A stretch of 64,000 nucleotides of DNA. It comes from Minisyncoccota bacterium. Its GTDB lineage: Bacteria > Patescibacteriota > Minisyncoccia > UBA6257 > 2-01-FULL-56-20. Both the position numbers and the translations under genes were made by a program. Of the stretch, positions 22,263-31,562 are shown piece by piece. The stretch lies in contig JANWIW010000027.1 of assembly GCA_025449695.1 (NCBI GenBank), positions 283-64,282 on the forward strand, read 5' to 3'. Position 1 is the first letter of the stretch; each line of letters opens with the position of its first letter. A model generated the notes under the pieces. The model did not search any database, was not told the origin of the DNA, and saw nothing but the letters and a program-made list of their open reading frames with translations.

Positions 22263-23020
22263 CCATTGTCGCGATCGCGGTCATCTTCATCTGCTTCCGC
22301 GTTCTCCAGGTGATCAACGGTTTCTTGTTCGCGCTCATTTTAGAGAACAAGACAGGGATATGGATAGTCATTGCAAGCGTCGCGATCATGGGAGGGCTCC
22401 ATCTTGTACGGGTTCTATTGCCAGAGAGCAAGGCTACGCGTGTCGCTGTGGTGGGTATCATGGCAATCGCCGGCGCAGCGTTATTAGCGGGACCACAATA
22501 TCTCGGAGGCTTCTTTTTCGCAGTTCTTTTTTATGTGCTGATCGGCGCGGAGCATAAGTTTTACGCCGCGCTTGAAGCCGTGGTGCGCCTGCCGGCATGG
22601 ACATCGAACCTCTTCGGTGCCGCGCTTTTCGTGCCGGCATGGTGGCTCGGTCGGTATCTCTCCCTGGATGTCGAGGCGGGGTATGTCGCCGTGTTCGCGG
22701 TGGCGGAGCTCGTCTTATTGATGCTTTGGATGCGGGAGGCCAAGGATCGTCCGGAGGATGACGGCCGCATGGACCCACCACTTTTCATGGCGCTGCCGTT
22801 TCTGGGATTTCCCATAGGTTTTTATTTCGCTTTCAAAGCGAATGGCCAGGATCTCCTAGAGGCTCCTTTGGTCTTGAACATCCTCGGAGCCCTGTATGTC
22901 GCGGGTATGATGATTGTGTATCTCGCCTTCTCGCGATGGGTGTTCGCGATTGGCAAGCGTCGTCAGAGCTCGTTTCTATCCCGCGTGGATACAGGACATC
23001 TTCATGCCGGACCGGATTGA
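22259..23020 (+). CDS. Hypothetical polytopic membrane protein
   Basis: ATGA overlap with folA; multiple hydrophobic segments. Confidence 0.7.
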   Translation: MTIVAIAVIFICFRVLQVINGFLFALILENKTGIWIVIASVAIMGGLHLVRVLLPESKATRVAVVGIMAIAGAALLAGPQYLGGFFFAVLFYVLIGAEHKFYAALEAVVRLPAWTSNLFGAALFVPAWWLGRYLSLDVEAGYVAVFAVAELVLLMLWMREAKDRPEDDGRMDPPLFMALPFLGFPIGFYFAFKANGQDLLEAPLVLNILGALYVAGMMIVYLAFSRWVFAIGKRRQSSFLSRVDTGHLHAGPD

Positions 23021-23051
23021 CGGAGTGGATAAGGATACATATAATCGTCCC

Positions 23052-23220
23052 ACCTCTTTGAATTCAAGGTGTGGCGGCAGACCTGCCGGGTGTTTGTGGG
23101 ATCAGAAGGGCTGCCGGTTGAGTGTGAAGAGCGCTAATTGTCGGCCTTTGGAGTCTAGGGCTATGCGTTCAGCCTGGGGAAGCTAAGTCCTTTGCTTTGG
23201 CAACTCCGATCAGTCGCCAC
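23052..23220 (+). ncRNA. Candidate structured ncRNA with 6S RNA-like architecture
   Basis: Promoter TTGACG-17-TATAAT (23017-23045); GTGGCGGC pairs with GTCGCCAC; central bubble and long terminal stem-loop; terminator directly after; no convincing ORF. Confidence 0.55.
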
Positions 23221-23247
23221 GGGCGCTTCCGAAGGGAAGCGCCTTTA
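23221..23247 (+). terminator. Intrinsic terminator
   Basis: gggcgcttcc-gaag-ggaagcgcct followed by T residues. Confidence 0.75.
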
Positions 23248-23327
23248 TTCATTGCGTGCAGTACGCCGTCCCCTATCCCTTGGACTATTTCTTTTAAATG
23301 AGGCTCGGTTGCGGTATAATAATCCTC

Positions 23328-23882
23328 ATGACGACGATCGGAATAGTGATCGCAGTAATAGTAGTGGTGGCCCTCTGGCTTATCGCGGTCTTCAACGGCC
23401 TGGTTCGCGCGCGTATGCGCGCGCGGGAGGCGATGTCGGACATCGACGTACAGACCAAGCGACGCTACGACCTCATCCCAAACTTGGTAGAGACTGTTAA
23501 AGGCTACGCGAAGCACGAGAGCGGCGTCTTCGAGCGGGTGACCGCGGCCCGCACCGCCGCCATGCAGGCGCCGATGGGCAATGCGAAGCTGGAGGCGGAG
23601 AACGCGCTTAGCGGGACCCTGAAATCGCTCTTTGCGGTGGCGGAGAACTACCCAGACCTCAAGGCGAACCAGAACTTCCTGCATCTCCAGCAGGAGCTCA
23701 CCGACACCGAGAACAAGATCCAGGCGTCGCGCCGCTTCTATAACTCGAATGTCATGGAGTTGAACACGAAGATCGAGACCTTCCCCACGAATCTCATCGC
23801 CGGCCCTTTCGGTTTCTCCAAGATGGAATTCTTCGAGGTTCAGAATGACGTTGAGCGCGCCCCGGTGCAGGTGAAGTTCTAG
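23328..23882 (+). CDS. lemA: LemA family protein
   Basis: RRYDLIPNLVETVKGYA, AVAENYPDLKAN and RRFYN motifs. Confidence 0.96.
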   Translation: MTTIGIVIAVIVVVALWLIAVFNGLVRARMRAREAMSDIDVQTKRRYDLIPNLVETVKGYAKHESGVFERVTAARTAAMQAPMGNAKLEAENALSGTLKSLFAVAENYPDLKANQNFLHLQQELTDTENKIQASRRFYNSNVMELNTKIETFPTNLIAGPFGFSKMEFFEVQNDVERAPVQVKF

Positions 23883-23890
23883 TGCACAAG

Positions 23891-23926
23891 CGTTGTAGTT
23901 GTTCTAATCGTTCTACTCGTTGTAGC
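23891..23926. repeat. Left 9-mer repeat arm flanking the four-helix-bundle gene
   Basis: cgttgtagt tgttctaat cgttctact cgttgtagc. Confidence 0.85.
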
Positions 23927-23934
23927 GTGGATGA

Positions 23935-24321
23935 GTGGCAAAGCTGCTCTTCACCCGTTATAGATTTGAGGATCTGGAAGTATGGCAAGTCGCCCAATCT
24001 ATTGTGACGGAAACTTATAAACTCACGCGCAGCTTCCCGAGTGACGAGCGTTTTGGATTGACAAGTCAATTCAGAAGGGCCGCGATATCTATCTCTCTAA
24101 ACATCGCCGAAGGAAGCGGCCAGCAGAGTCCGAAAGGCTTTGCGAACTATGTAAATCGAGCAAAGGGCTCGTTGTTGGAATGCGTCGCGTGCGCTAGAAT
24201 TGCGGAACAGGAAGACTTCTCGCGCAACGACGATATGCGCACACTCGTCGTTTTGCTTGAGAAGGAGTATTTCAAACTGATTGCTTTAGAAAAGGCGCTA
24301 CGGAGCAGGATTCACGATTAA
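23935..24321 (+). CDS. Four-helix-bundle protein (23S rRNA IVS protein / Avd-like family)
   Basis: FEDLEVWQ, FPSDERFGLTSQFRRAAISISLNIAEG and AKGSLLE motifs; more AT-rich than its neighbours. Confidence 0.93.
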   Translation: MAKLLFTRYRFEDLEVWQVAQSIVTETYKLTRSFPSDERFGLTSQFRRAAISISLNIAEGSGQQSPKGFANYVNRAKGSLLECVACARIAEQEDFSRNDDMRTLVVLLEKEYFKLIALEKALRSRIHD

Positions 24322-24352
24322 AACATTCGCATCGGTTACAACGATTAGAACA
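24316..24352. repeat. Right (inverted) 9-mer repeat arm
   Basis: gattaaaac attcgcatc ggttacaac gattagaac a; 13 nt perfectly complementary to the left arm. Confidence 0.8.
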
Positions 24353-24358
24353 CTGCCC

Positions 24359-25261
24359 ATGGCCACCATCTACTCCCACAAGGACGCCAACGTACGCAAG
24401 ACCTGGTTCTTGTTTACAGGCTTCCTCGGCGTCGTCATCGCGCTCGGCTGGGTAATCTCCCAGTACTACGGCGATCCGTCCATCCTCCTCTTCGCGGTGA
24501 TCTTCTCGACGGTCATGAGCCTCGTGAGCTACTGGTATTCCGACAAGATCGTCCTCTCCATGGCCCACGCCAAGGAAGTGGACCTCAAGGCCAACCCGGA
24601 GCTCTACCGGATCGTGGAAAACCTCGCCATCACCGCCGGACTGCCCATGCCAAAGCTTTATATAGTACCCGAGGCGCAATTGAACGCCTTCGCGACCGGC
24701 AGGGACCCGAAGCATGCGGTCGTCGCCGTGACCGAAGGCCTGCTCGCGAAGCTCGATAAGACGGAGCTGGAGGGCGTCCTTGCCCATGAGATGTCGCACA
24801 TAGGGAACCGCGACATTCTGGTCAACACCATGGCGGTCATCTTGGTGGGTTTCATTTCCCTCGTCGCCGACATGTTCATGCGCTCCATCTTTTGGGGTTC
24901 CGGCAACCGCGACCGGGAGGGCGGGGGAGGAGCCATCGCCATCATCGGCCTCGCGCTCGCGATCCTCGCGCCCATCTCGGCCACGCTCCTCCAGCTGGCC
25001 ATTTCCCGCCGGCGCGAATCCCTGGCGGACGCCTCCGGCGCCCTCCTCACCCGTTACCCTCGGGGGCTTGCCTCTGCCCTGGAGAAAATCGCCCGGGACG
25101 TTACGCCCATGCGCCGCGCCCGGAATACCACCGCCCACCTTTGGATAGACGACCCTTTCACCGGCCAGCAGCGTACCGCCTGGTGGCACAAGGCATTCAT
25201 GACCCATCCTCCCATCGAGGAGCGCATCCGCGCATTGAGGGAAATGAGCTTGGGTGGATGA
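24359..25261 (+). CDS. htpX: M48 zinc metalloprotease HtpX
   Basis: NAFATGR, HEMSH, SRRRESLAD and THPPIEERI motifs; follows lemA. Confidence 0.95.
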   Translation: MATIYSHKDANVRKTWFLFTGFLGVVIALGWVISQYYGDPSILLFAVIFSTVMSLVSYWYSDKIVLSMAHAKEVDLKANPELYRIVENLAITAGLPMPKLYIVPEAQLNAFATGRDPKHAVVAVTEGLLAKLDKTELEGVLAHEMSHIGNRDILVNTMAVILVGFISLVADMFMRSIFWGSGNRDREGGGGAIAIIGLALAILAPISATLLQLAISRRRESLADASGALLTRYPRGLASALEKIARDVTPMRRARNTTAHLWIDDPFTGQQRTAWWHKAFMTHPPIEERIRALREMSLGG

Positions 25262-25294
25262 CCGCCATTCCGCCATTGCAGTATTCACTTACAA

Positions 25295-25470
25295 CCCTCG
25301 CCTTTCCTTAAAATGCGGCCGCATTTTAAGGAAAGGCGAGGGCGTGAGAATCGCCGGTAGCAGGGTGCCACCCTGGAAAAAGCGAATACTTGGTGATATC
25401 CTTCCTCCTGTTCCCACGCCTTTCTTTCTGTCCCTTTCCTTAGGATGCGGCCGCATTTTAAGGAAAGGGA
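25295..25470. repeat. Two copies of a spacer-less palindrome centred on GCGGCCGC
   Basis: 25295-25342 is a perfect 48-bp palindrome; 25431-25470 is 40 bp with two substitutions. Confidence 0.9.
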
Positions 25471-25524
25471 AGATGGAACAGTTGGAGATTTTCCCGGGCA
25501 ATGTAACCTGGAATGAGTTCAAAC

Positions 25525-26214
25525 ATGCATCACAAATTCGGCAAGACAATCGTCATGGCCCTGGGTGGCTCTATCGTGTATCCCAGTGAGATCAATTCCC
25601 GGTTCATCCGGGATTTTAAGAGGTTCGTGGAGCGGTTCGTGAAAAAGGGCTACAAGTTCGTGATCGTGGTGGGTGGCGGGAGCATCTGCCGCGTCTATCA
25701 GAAGGCCGCGGCGGAGGTGGCACCTCTGACCGACGAAGACAAGGACTGGCTCGGCATCCACGTCACCCGCCTGAACGCGCACCTCATCCGCACCATCTTC
25801 CGTGACATCGCGAACCCGGTCGTCATAGACACGCGGGGCAAGATCAAGAAGCTGAACCATGCGGTCACCGTCGGCTCCGGCTGGCATCCCGGTTCGTCCA
25901 CCGACCACGTGGCGACCGCGCTCGCTTCCGATTTCAAGATTCCGGAGGTGGTGATCATAGGCAAGCCCGATCACGTCTACGACAAGGACCCCAACAAGTT
26001 CAAGGGCGCGAAGCCCCTGCCGCAGCTTTCCTGGAAGGCATACCGCAAGCTGATCCCTTCCGAATGGACGCCCGGTTTCCACTCGCCGGTGGACCCGCTC
26101 GCGGCGAGGTTCGGCCAGAAGGAAGGCATTGACGCCATCATCGTGAACGGAGACCTGAAGAACCTCCAGGCTCTCCTCGAAGGCAAGGAATTCAGGGGGA
26201 CCGTGATATCGTAG
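25525..26214 (+). CDS. pyrH: UMP kinase, archaeal-type
   Basis: LGGS, VVGGGSICR, DWLGIHVTRLNA, PGSSTD and VYDKDP motifs; start could be 25513. Confidence 0.9.
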   Translation: MHHKFGKTIVMALGGSIVYPSEINSRFIRDFKRFVERFVKKGYKFVIVVGGGSICRVYQKAAAEVAPLTDEDKDWLGIHVTRLNAHLIRTIFRDIANPVVIDTRGKIKKLNHAVTVGSGWHPGSSTDHVATALASDFKIPEVVIIGKPDHVYDKDPNKFKGAKPLPQLSWKAYRKLIPSEWTPGFHSPVDPLAARFGQKEGIDAIIVNGDLKNLQALLEGKEFRGTVIS

Positions 26215-26226
26215 CCGCGTTCCGGC

Positions 26227-27147
26227 CTACGCCCCTGCGGTCCTCAGTGCCACTTTCGATTTCCAGAAGAAGAAGCCAATGGTCACGAAGGTCATGAACG
26301 GGGAAACCCAGCTCGGCACGTGAATGCCGAACGCGTCTATGATCATGATCGCGCCGAGGAAGAGGATGGAGTACATGGCGCCGTTCTTCAGATAGATATA
26401 TTTCTTGACCCGGTGGATGTTGCCGATGGTCATCTGCCGGACGACCAAGGCTCCGATGCCGTTCCCGATCAGGATGAGCGGCACGGCCATGGTGAATGCG
26501 AAGGCGCCGAGCACGCCGTCGATCGAGAACGTGGCGTCGATCACCTCGAGGTAGAGCAATTTGCTGAGGTCGGAGCGGTCCTTCGTGACCAAGTCCTTTT
26601 CCCGCGCTTCCGCGTTCTCCTTGAAGCCGTGGGTGATGAAGAAGACCGTCGAGCCTATGACCGCCCCGAAGGCCATAAGCTGATTCTGGGATAGGGAATA
26701 CCACACGAGCGCGGAGAGCACTATGGACACGATGGCGTAGAACCACACGCCGTTCCGCAGGAAGAACTGTTCCGTGCGCGGCAAGCCGAAGTGCTTTTCT
26801 TCCAGGAAGAGCCAATGGAAGAAGAGGAAGACCAGGAACACGCCGCCGCCCATGAGGAGGATGGGCGCCGACCTCTCGATGGATTCCATCACCGCCGGGT
26901 CGCTCGAGAAGGTGGCGGTTAGAGAGCCGAGGAGGCCAAGGGCGGGGTTGAACACCCATACGATGAGCCAGGGCAGGAGGCCTCGGATAAGGAATACGGC
27001 GATGAGCATTCCCCAAAACAGGAACCATTTCCTCGCTTTGGCGCCCATGGTGTTCAATACCTCTGCGTTGATGACGGCATTATCCACGCTCGAAACAGTC
27101 TCGAAGAGCGCGAGGCCGAGCGTGGTGATGATGAGCGACAGGATCAT
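26227..27147 (-). CDS. DUF475/TerC-like membrane protein
   Basis: SSVDNAVINA, YLEVIDATFSIDGVLGAFA and YLKNGAMYSI motifs. Confidence 0.88.
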   Translation of the reverse strand: MILSLIITTLGLALFETVSSVDNAVINAEVLNTMGAKARKWFLFWGMLIAVFLIRGLLPWLIVWVFNPALGLLGSLTATFSSDPAVMESIERSAPILLMGGGVFLVFLFFHWLFLEEKHFGLPRTEQFFLRNGVWFYAIVSIVLSALVWYSLSQNQLMAFGAVIGSTVFFITHGFKENAEAREKDLVTKDRSDLSKLLYLEVIDATFSIDGVLGAFAFTMAVPLILIGNGIGALVVRQMTIGNIHRVKKYIYLKNGAMYSILFLGAIMIIDAFGIHVPSWVSPFMTFVTIGFFFWKSKVALRTAGA

Positions 27148-27226
27148 GGGATGGGTCTAATTATGCCACAGTCTAATTGCCCCTTCCTGTAAGTTGGGTT
27201 AAAATGACCCCGTTCGAAAATCCACA

Positions 27227-27311
27227 GGAGGGGTCGCATAGCGGTCTAGTGCGCACGCTTGGAAAGCGTGTGTACCGAAAGGTACCGAGGGTTCGAATCC
27301 CTCCCCCTCCG
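27227..27311 (+). tRNA. tRNA-Ser(GGA)
   Basis: GGAGGGG/CCCCTCC acceptor stem, anticodon loop TTGGAAA, long variable arm, GGTTCGAATCC. Confidence 0.97.
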
Positions 27312-27457
27312 CGAGAAGGTCTTATGAGCGAAGCGAGCTAGGGCTTCTCGCGCCCCGCGCTGCGTCCCGCGAAGCTTTAGCGGAGTGGGATTGCTTTGTA
27401 GAACCTTCGTTCGTTGGGTAGTTTTATTTTTGTGGATTCTATGTTGTACTAAACGGT

Positions 27458-28591
27458 ATGATTGATGAGTGGCAGGAAGCCGAGTCTTTTGAAGGAAGCA
27501 CGCTTCATAGTGCGCTGGGAGGGCCCGCGGAGCATCCCGAGGCGAGCGCCAAAAGCGAGTTCGCAGAGACGATATCCCTTCTCAGGTTTTTGAACGAAGG
27601 GGCTCTTCGGGGCGTACTGACACAGTTTCTGACTCAGTTTCCCGGAAGTAGGGAAAGCATGGAGGCAGTCATAAAGAACGTGGCGCGACGCAAGATAGAG
27701 CAAAGGGATCCCGACGAGATAGACGCAATTCTTGATCAGGCTGACAAGAATGGAGCGAATCCCGAGGCGCTGGTACAAATGCTTATGCAGAGTATCTCGC
27801 TGGGTAATAGCAAATTGCGTAGGGACTGGAGTGTTTTCACGGGCGCGACCGCAAATGTACGTTTCGCGTTGTCACACGTAGAGAACGCGGAAGCCGACGT
27901 CGAGAGTGAGCTGAGAGCCCTCGCAAAGGAGAGGTCGGACCACACGGCCAGTATCACCTTTATGAAAAGACTTATACTGAAGAAGCTGCCGGACAGGGCT
28001 AAGGATATCAAAAGATTCTTCGAAGAATCTGATCTTGCGGCAGCGGAGGTTGATTACCGCGCGAGGATTTTCTTCTCTCATGGCCGCGCGGATCTCCATG
28101 ACGCTGGTCCGAAAGGAAAGCGGATGGAGGAGATACTTTCGACGCTGAAGCATGACAAGAAGGTGGAGGTGTGGCAGGACGTACAGGGCATACAAACAGC
28201 GGATGATTTTCAGGAGCGTATCTTAAACGCTATCATCCATTCCGACCGGGCAGTGGTAATGCTCGGCAACGCCTCCATTCGCAGCGAGTGGGTCTTCAGG
28301 GAAATACAGGCCTTTCAGCTTTATGGAATCGATATCGTGCCAATCCTTGTAGAGGATATTGTCCCGCCCGACCAAGAGAAAGAACCTGAAGCATGGGCCC
28401 GCTATCAGGAGATCCGAGAGCGTATAGGCGCACTCAATTATATTGACGTGCGCAAATTAGAACCCTTGCCCTCTGCCGGGAAGGAAAAAGCTTCGGAATC
28501 GGCGGCATTGCGCAAGAAGATCTCGGGCGATTTCGAGAGACTGCTCCCTTTGAACGATCAGGAGCGTTTCGATCGATTCTATAAAGTCTGA
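27458..28591 (+). CDS. TIR-domain protein with an uncharacterised N-terminal region
   Basis: IFFSHGRAD, VWQD, SIRSEWVFREI and IVPILVE match the TIR_2 pattern including the catalytic Glu. Confidence 0.85.
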   Translation: MIDEWQEAESFEGSTLHSALGGPAEHPEASAKSEFAETISLLRFLNEGALRGVLTQFLTQFPGSRESMEAVIKNVARRKIEQRDPDEIDAILDQADKNGANPEALVQMLMQSISLGNSKLRRDWSVFTGATANVRFALSHVENAEADVESELRALAKERSDHTASITFMKRLILKKLPDRAKDIKRFFEESDLAAAEVDYRARIFFSHGRADLHDAGPKGKRMEEILSTLKHDKKVEVWQDVQGIQTADDFQERILNAIIHSDRAVVMLGNASIRSEWVFREIQAFQLYGIDIVPILVEDIVPPDQEKEPEAWARYQEIRERIGALNYIDVRKLEPLPSAGKEKASESAALRKKISGDFERLLPLNDQERFDRFYKV

Positions 28592-28677
28592 TCTTCAATA
28601 GAGTACCGCAAGGCCAAAATTTCAACAGCCGCTCCGTGAGGAGCGGCCGTCGATGTTTTCGCGATTGAGAATCACGA

Positions 28678-29223
28678 TCAGTTGATGCCGAGGAATCCGC
28701 CGTCGCCTGCGGTGCGGAAGAGGGTCTTCAAGATGTCGTGGGCGGCGAGCCAGTGCGTGGCATCGTCTCCGGTCATGACAGCCGTCACCTTTGCCGTAAG
28801 CGACTCACCCTCCATCTTCTCGATGGCGGCGAGGAGCTTGGCACAGGTGGCCCCCGCGATGACGACCGGCGTTCCATGATCTACCACGTCGATGGCGCGG
28901 ATGAAGGTGGAGAACGGCCGCCGCGTACGAAGCGCGTCCACGGTCGTGCCGCCTACCTTGGCGAGGCCCTCGAGCCACCACGTGGGGGCGCCACTCGGCC
29001 GACGATAGCTGACTCCCGCGCCGTTCTCCGCGACGTAGCAGCCGGATTCGATGCCCCGGCTGAAACCGCGGGTCTTCGTCGACGGGTACACGCCGAAGTG
29101 CTCCATCATGCAGAAGCCCTCGGCGTGGATCTCCCGGTCGCTCATCCTGCCGCCGCCCGGCTTCGGATGCACTTCGTGGGTCACGCGTTGGACGTTGCTC
29201 ATCGCTCGCATAACAATACTCAT
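28678..29223 (-). CDS. Hypothetical protein
   Basis: SD GAGGA before ATG 29223; second gene of a two-gene unit. Confidence 0.6.
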   Translation of the reverse strand: MSIVMRAMSNVQRVTHEVHPKPGGGRMSDREIHAEGFCMMEHFGVYPSTKTRGFSRGIESGCYVAENGAGVSYRRPSGAPTWWLEGLAKVGGTTVDALRTRRPFSTFIRAIDVVDHGTPVVIAGATCAKLLAAIEKMEGESLTAKVTAVMTGDDATHWLAAHDILKTLFRTAGDGGFLGIN

Positions 29224-29239
29224 CGTCGTTTCCTCTCTG

Positions 29240-29722
29240 TTACCGCTGGTAGTTCCTGAATTCGATGTCGAGCGTCCGACGGTCGATCCCGATCGCCACC
29301 GAGCCTTCGTCGCGCGCACCCTCGCCGCTTTTGAGGCGAGTGCCGTTCGGCGACAGGGTCATGCGGTCGTGGACGCTGATGTAGACCGTCGTGACGCCTT
29401 CCCGCTCCCACGCGTAATACTTGCAGGTCCAGTGGAACTGGAGCCGGCTCGTCATCCAGCGCGTTTCGATGACGCGCTCCTTGGTGTCGCGGCCGCAGAA
29501 AGATTCGAGGCGTCCTTCCACTTCGCGGATGTCCTTTGCGTCGCCGACGATCTTCTCGATCTCGTCGACTGCGGGAGCGATCTGCTGGCGGAACACGGCG
29601 CGCGTCTGGACGCAGATGAGAAGAATGAGAGCGAGAATTGCGAGAGCGGGCATGAAACCGATGCTGAGCAGACTGCCTGCAGTCGTGGGTTGTCTCGGGG
29701 TCGTGGTCGTCTGAGCTTTCAC
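29240..29722 (-). CDS. Hypothetical protein with an N-terminal TM segment
   Basis: SD AGGAGG before GTG 29722. Confidence 0.65.
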   Translation of the reverse strand: MKAQTTTTPRQPTTAGSLLSIGFMPALAILALILLICVQTRAVFRQQIAPAVDEIEKIVGDAKDIREVEGRLESFCGRDTKERVIETRWMTSRLQFHWTCKYYAWEREGVTTVYISVHDRMTLSPNGTRLKSGEGARDEGSVAIGIDRRTLDIEFRNYQR

Positions 29723-29768
29723 ATTGCCTCCTGTTGTTGGTTGAACTGAAATTTCCTCGGTCGTATGG

Positions 29769-29867
29769 GCCGAGGACCGGGAAGAAGGCGAGTGAGCGCC
29801 CTCTTCCCGACCTCCGGCTATATCAAGAAGCGTTTCCATATTATACAATATACACGGTAAATGTCAA
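29769..29867 (-). promoter_or_regulatory. Promoter + boxA-like motif + leader hairpin
   Basis: TTGACA-16-TATAAT, CTTCTTGATAT, ~21-bp stem at 29769-29818. Confidence 0.7.
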
Positions 29868-30006
29868 AGCAGTGCATTGGATGTGCCCGGAGGTCGAATT
29901 TTGATATAAACTCGCGTGCTCGGCAGCATGCCTGTGGAAAGAGAACTGATCTGCGGGGGCTTCAACACCATCTCCCTATACCCCGGTGCTATACTTAGAC
30001 CATACG

Positions 30007-31191
30007 ATGGCTGTTTCTTCTCATAAGGCTCAGAAGATCTATATCGGCGGCTGGTTCCAGCGCACCACCCTCCACCTTTCGGAGGTGTACGATTTCCTGA
30101 AGAGAGGGGAGTCGCCCTTGCCGCTCGACAAGGATAAGCTGAGGACGCTCCACCTGCAGGCGGACATTGCCTCGGTCGCGATGCATCCCGGGAGCCTCGA
30201 TCACATCGGCGTGCGCACGAACGCAGGTATCGAGATCAAGATATACGAAGACGGCCTCGTCCTCTTCAGTAAGGAGAACCTGACCTCCCTCGACGAGGAC
30301 ATCCACGACCTCACGAGTTATTACGAGGAAAAGCTCTCCCCGGGCATAGGCTACATCTTCAGCCTGGGCGCGCCGGTCCCAAAGGAACTCGCTAATATCA
30401 AGACGGTCTATCCGTATTTCATCGTCCTCCATCGCGGCACCCGCAAGGACGTCCAGGCCATCCTGGAGCATTTCCGCGAGGAGGAATACCTGGAGATACG
30501 CAAAAAAGAGTTCGAAATCTACCGGGGCAACAACGTCTATATAGTGAACAACATCTCCGAGCAGATGCCCCAGGTGGAGCGCCTGATCGAGGAGCAGGTC
30601 TTCATGCGCGAGTTCAAAGGCCAGCTCCACCGCTATCTGAACCTCCACCGCATCATCTGGGAGCGCATCGCCGAGGTGAAGGAGAAGGGAGAGATCAAGG
30701 GCGGAGAAGTGGGCGCGTTCAAGGAAAAGGTGGAGAGCTACGCGAAGACCATCAACCTCATCGAGGCGCGCATCGGCCAGATGGGCACGTATCTGCATAC
30801 CCGGGAGAAGATCGCCAGAGAAAGCAAGGATTTCGCGCGCCTCCTTACGGTGCTGGATTTCAAGCACGAGACCTTGTCCGACACGCTGGACTACGTGAAG
30901 GGCATCTGGGGGATGACCAAGAACTATGTGACCTCCACCCTCGATCTCTTTTCGAGCATCCAGGCCAAGAGCACCGAGGCTTCCGTGAAGAACCTGACCA
31001 TCATCACTTCCATGGGCGTCGCGGCGACCCTCGTGAACTTCGCCCAGAAGGTGCCCCAGTTCAACGGGGGCGGCCTGGTCTACGTGGCGATACTCGCCGC
31101 GGTCGGCTACTCCACTGACCGCATCCTGAAGACGATCTACAAACGCCGGATGTACAAGATCAAGGACACGAAGCTCGCGAAAGACCTCTGA
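30007..31191 (+). CDS. Hypothetical protein with a helical body and two C-terminal TM helices (CorA-like layout)
   Basis: Long ORF with host-like codon usage; two hydrophobic helices at the C-terminus. Confidence 0.7.
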   Translation: MAVSSHKAQKIYIGGWFQRTTLHLSEVYDFLKRGESPLPLDKDKLRTLHLQADIASVAMHPGSLDHIGVRTNAGIEIKIYEDGLVLFSKENLTSLDEDIHDLTSYYEEKLSPGIGYIFSLGAPVPKELANIKTVYPYFIVLHRGTRKDVQAILEHFREEEYLEIRKKEFEIYRGNNVYIVNNISEQMPQVERLIEEQVFMREFKGQLHRYLNLHRIIWERIAEVKEKGEIKGGEVGAFKEKVESYAKTINLIEARIGQMGTYLHTREKIARESKDFARLLTVLDFKHETLSDTLDYVKGIWGMTKNYVTSTLDLFSSIQAKSTEASVKNLTIITSMGVAATLVNFAQKVPQFNGGGLVYVAILAAVGYSTDRILKTIYKRRMYKIKDTKLAKDL

Positions 31192-31226
31192 ATCGGGTTA
31201 TGAGCGCGGCGGGACGGGCCGGGCGC

Positions 31227-31562
31227 CTACAAGCTCATAAGCACCGCCCCAATTACGGCGAGAATAATGCCTGCGCCCTTTACGGCGGATAGGCTTTCTT
31301 TGAATATAAGGATGCCGGATAGGACGCCTAGAATGGAGTAAAAGACGACGTAGAGGGTTGTGTAGATGGTCAGCTCTCCCTTATACACGAAGATATAGAT
31401 GGCGAAGAGAATCTGGACAAAGTAGAGGGCGTAAACCACGAGCATCCATGGATCCCGAAGCGCGTCCATGATCGTGCCGGAACTGACCTTCTTAATGATC
31501 GAATCTCCGACAATAACGGTGAGCGCGGAGAGGAAGATGAGCGCCGTCCCGGCTAGGTTCAT
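31227..31562 (-). CDS. Small 4-TM membrane protein (SMR/EamA-like)
   Basis: GILIFKESLS..KGAGIILAVIG C-terminal pattern. Confidence 0.75.
   Translation of the reverse strand: MNLAGTALIFLSALTVIVGDSIIKKVSSGTIMDALRDPWMLVVYALYFVQILFAIYIFVYKGELTIYTTLYVVFYSILGVLSGILIFKESLSAVKGAGIILAVIGAVLMSL

Noticed and set aside
23935-24321. Diversity-generating retroelement suggested by the Avd-like fold
   Set aside because: No reverse transcriptase, and no repeat pair differing only at adenines; the Cys-array junction differences are not A-specific.
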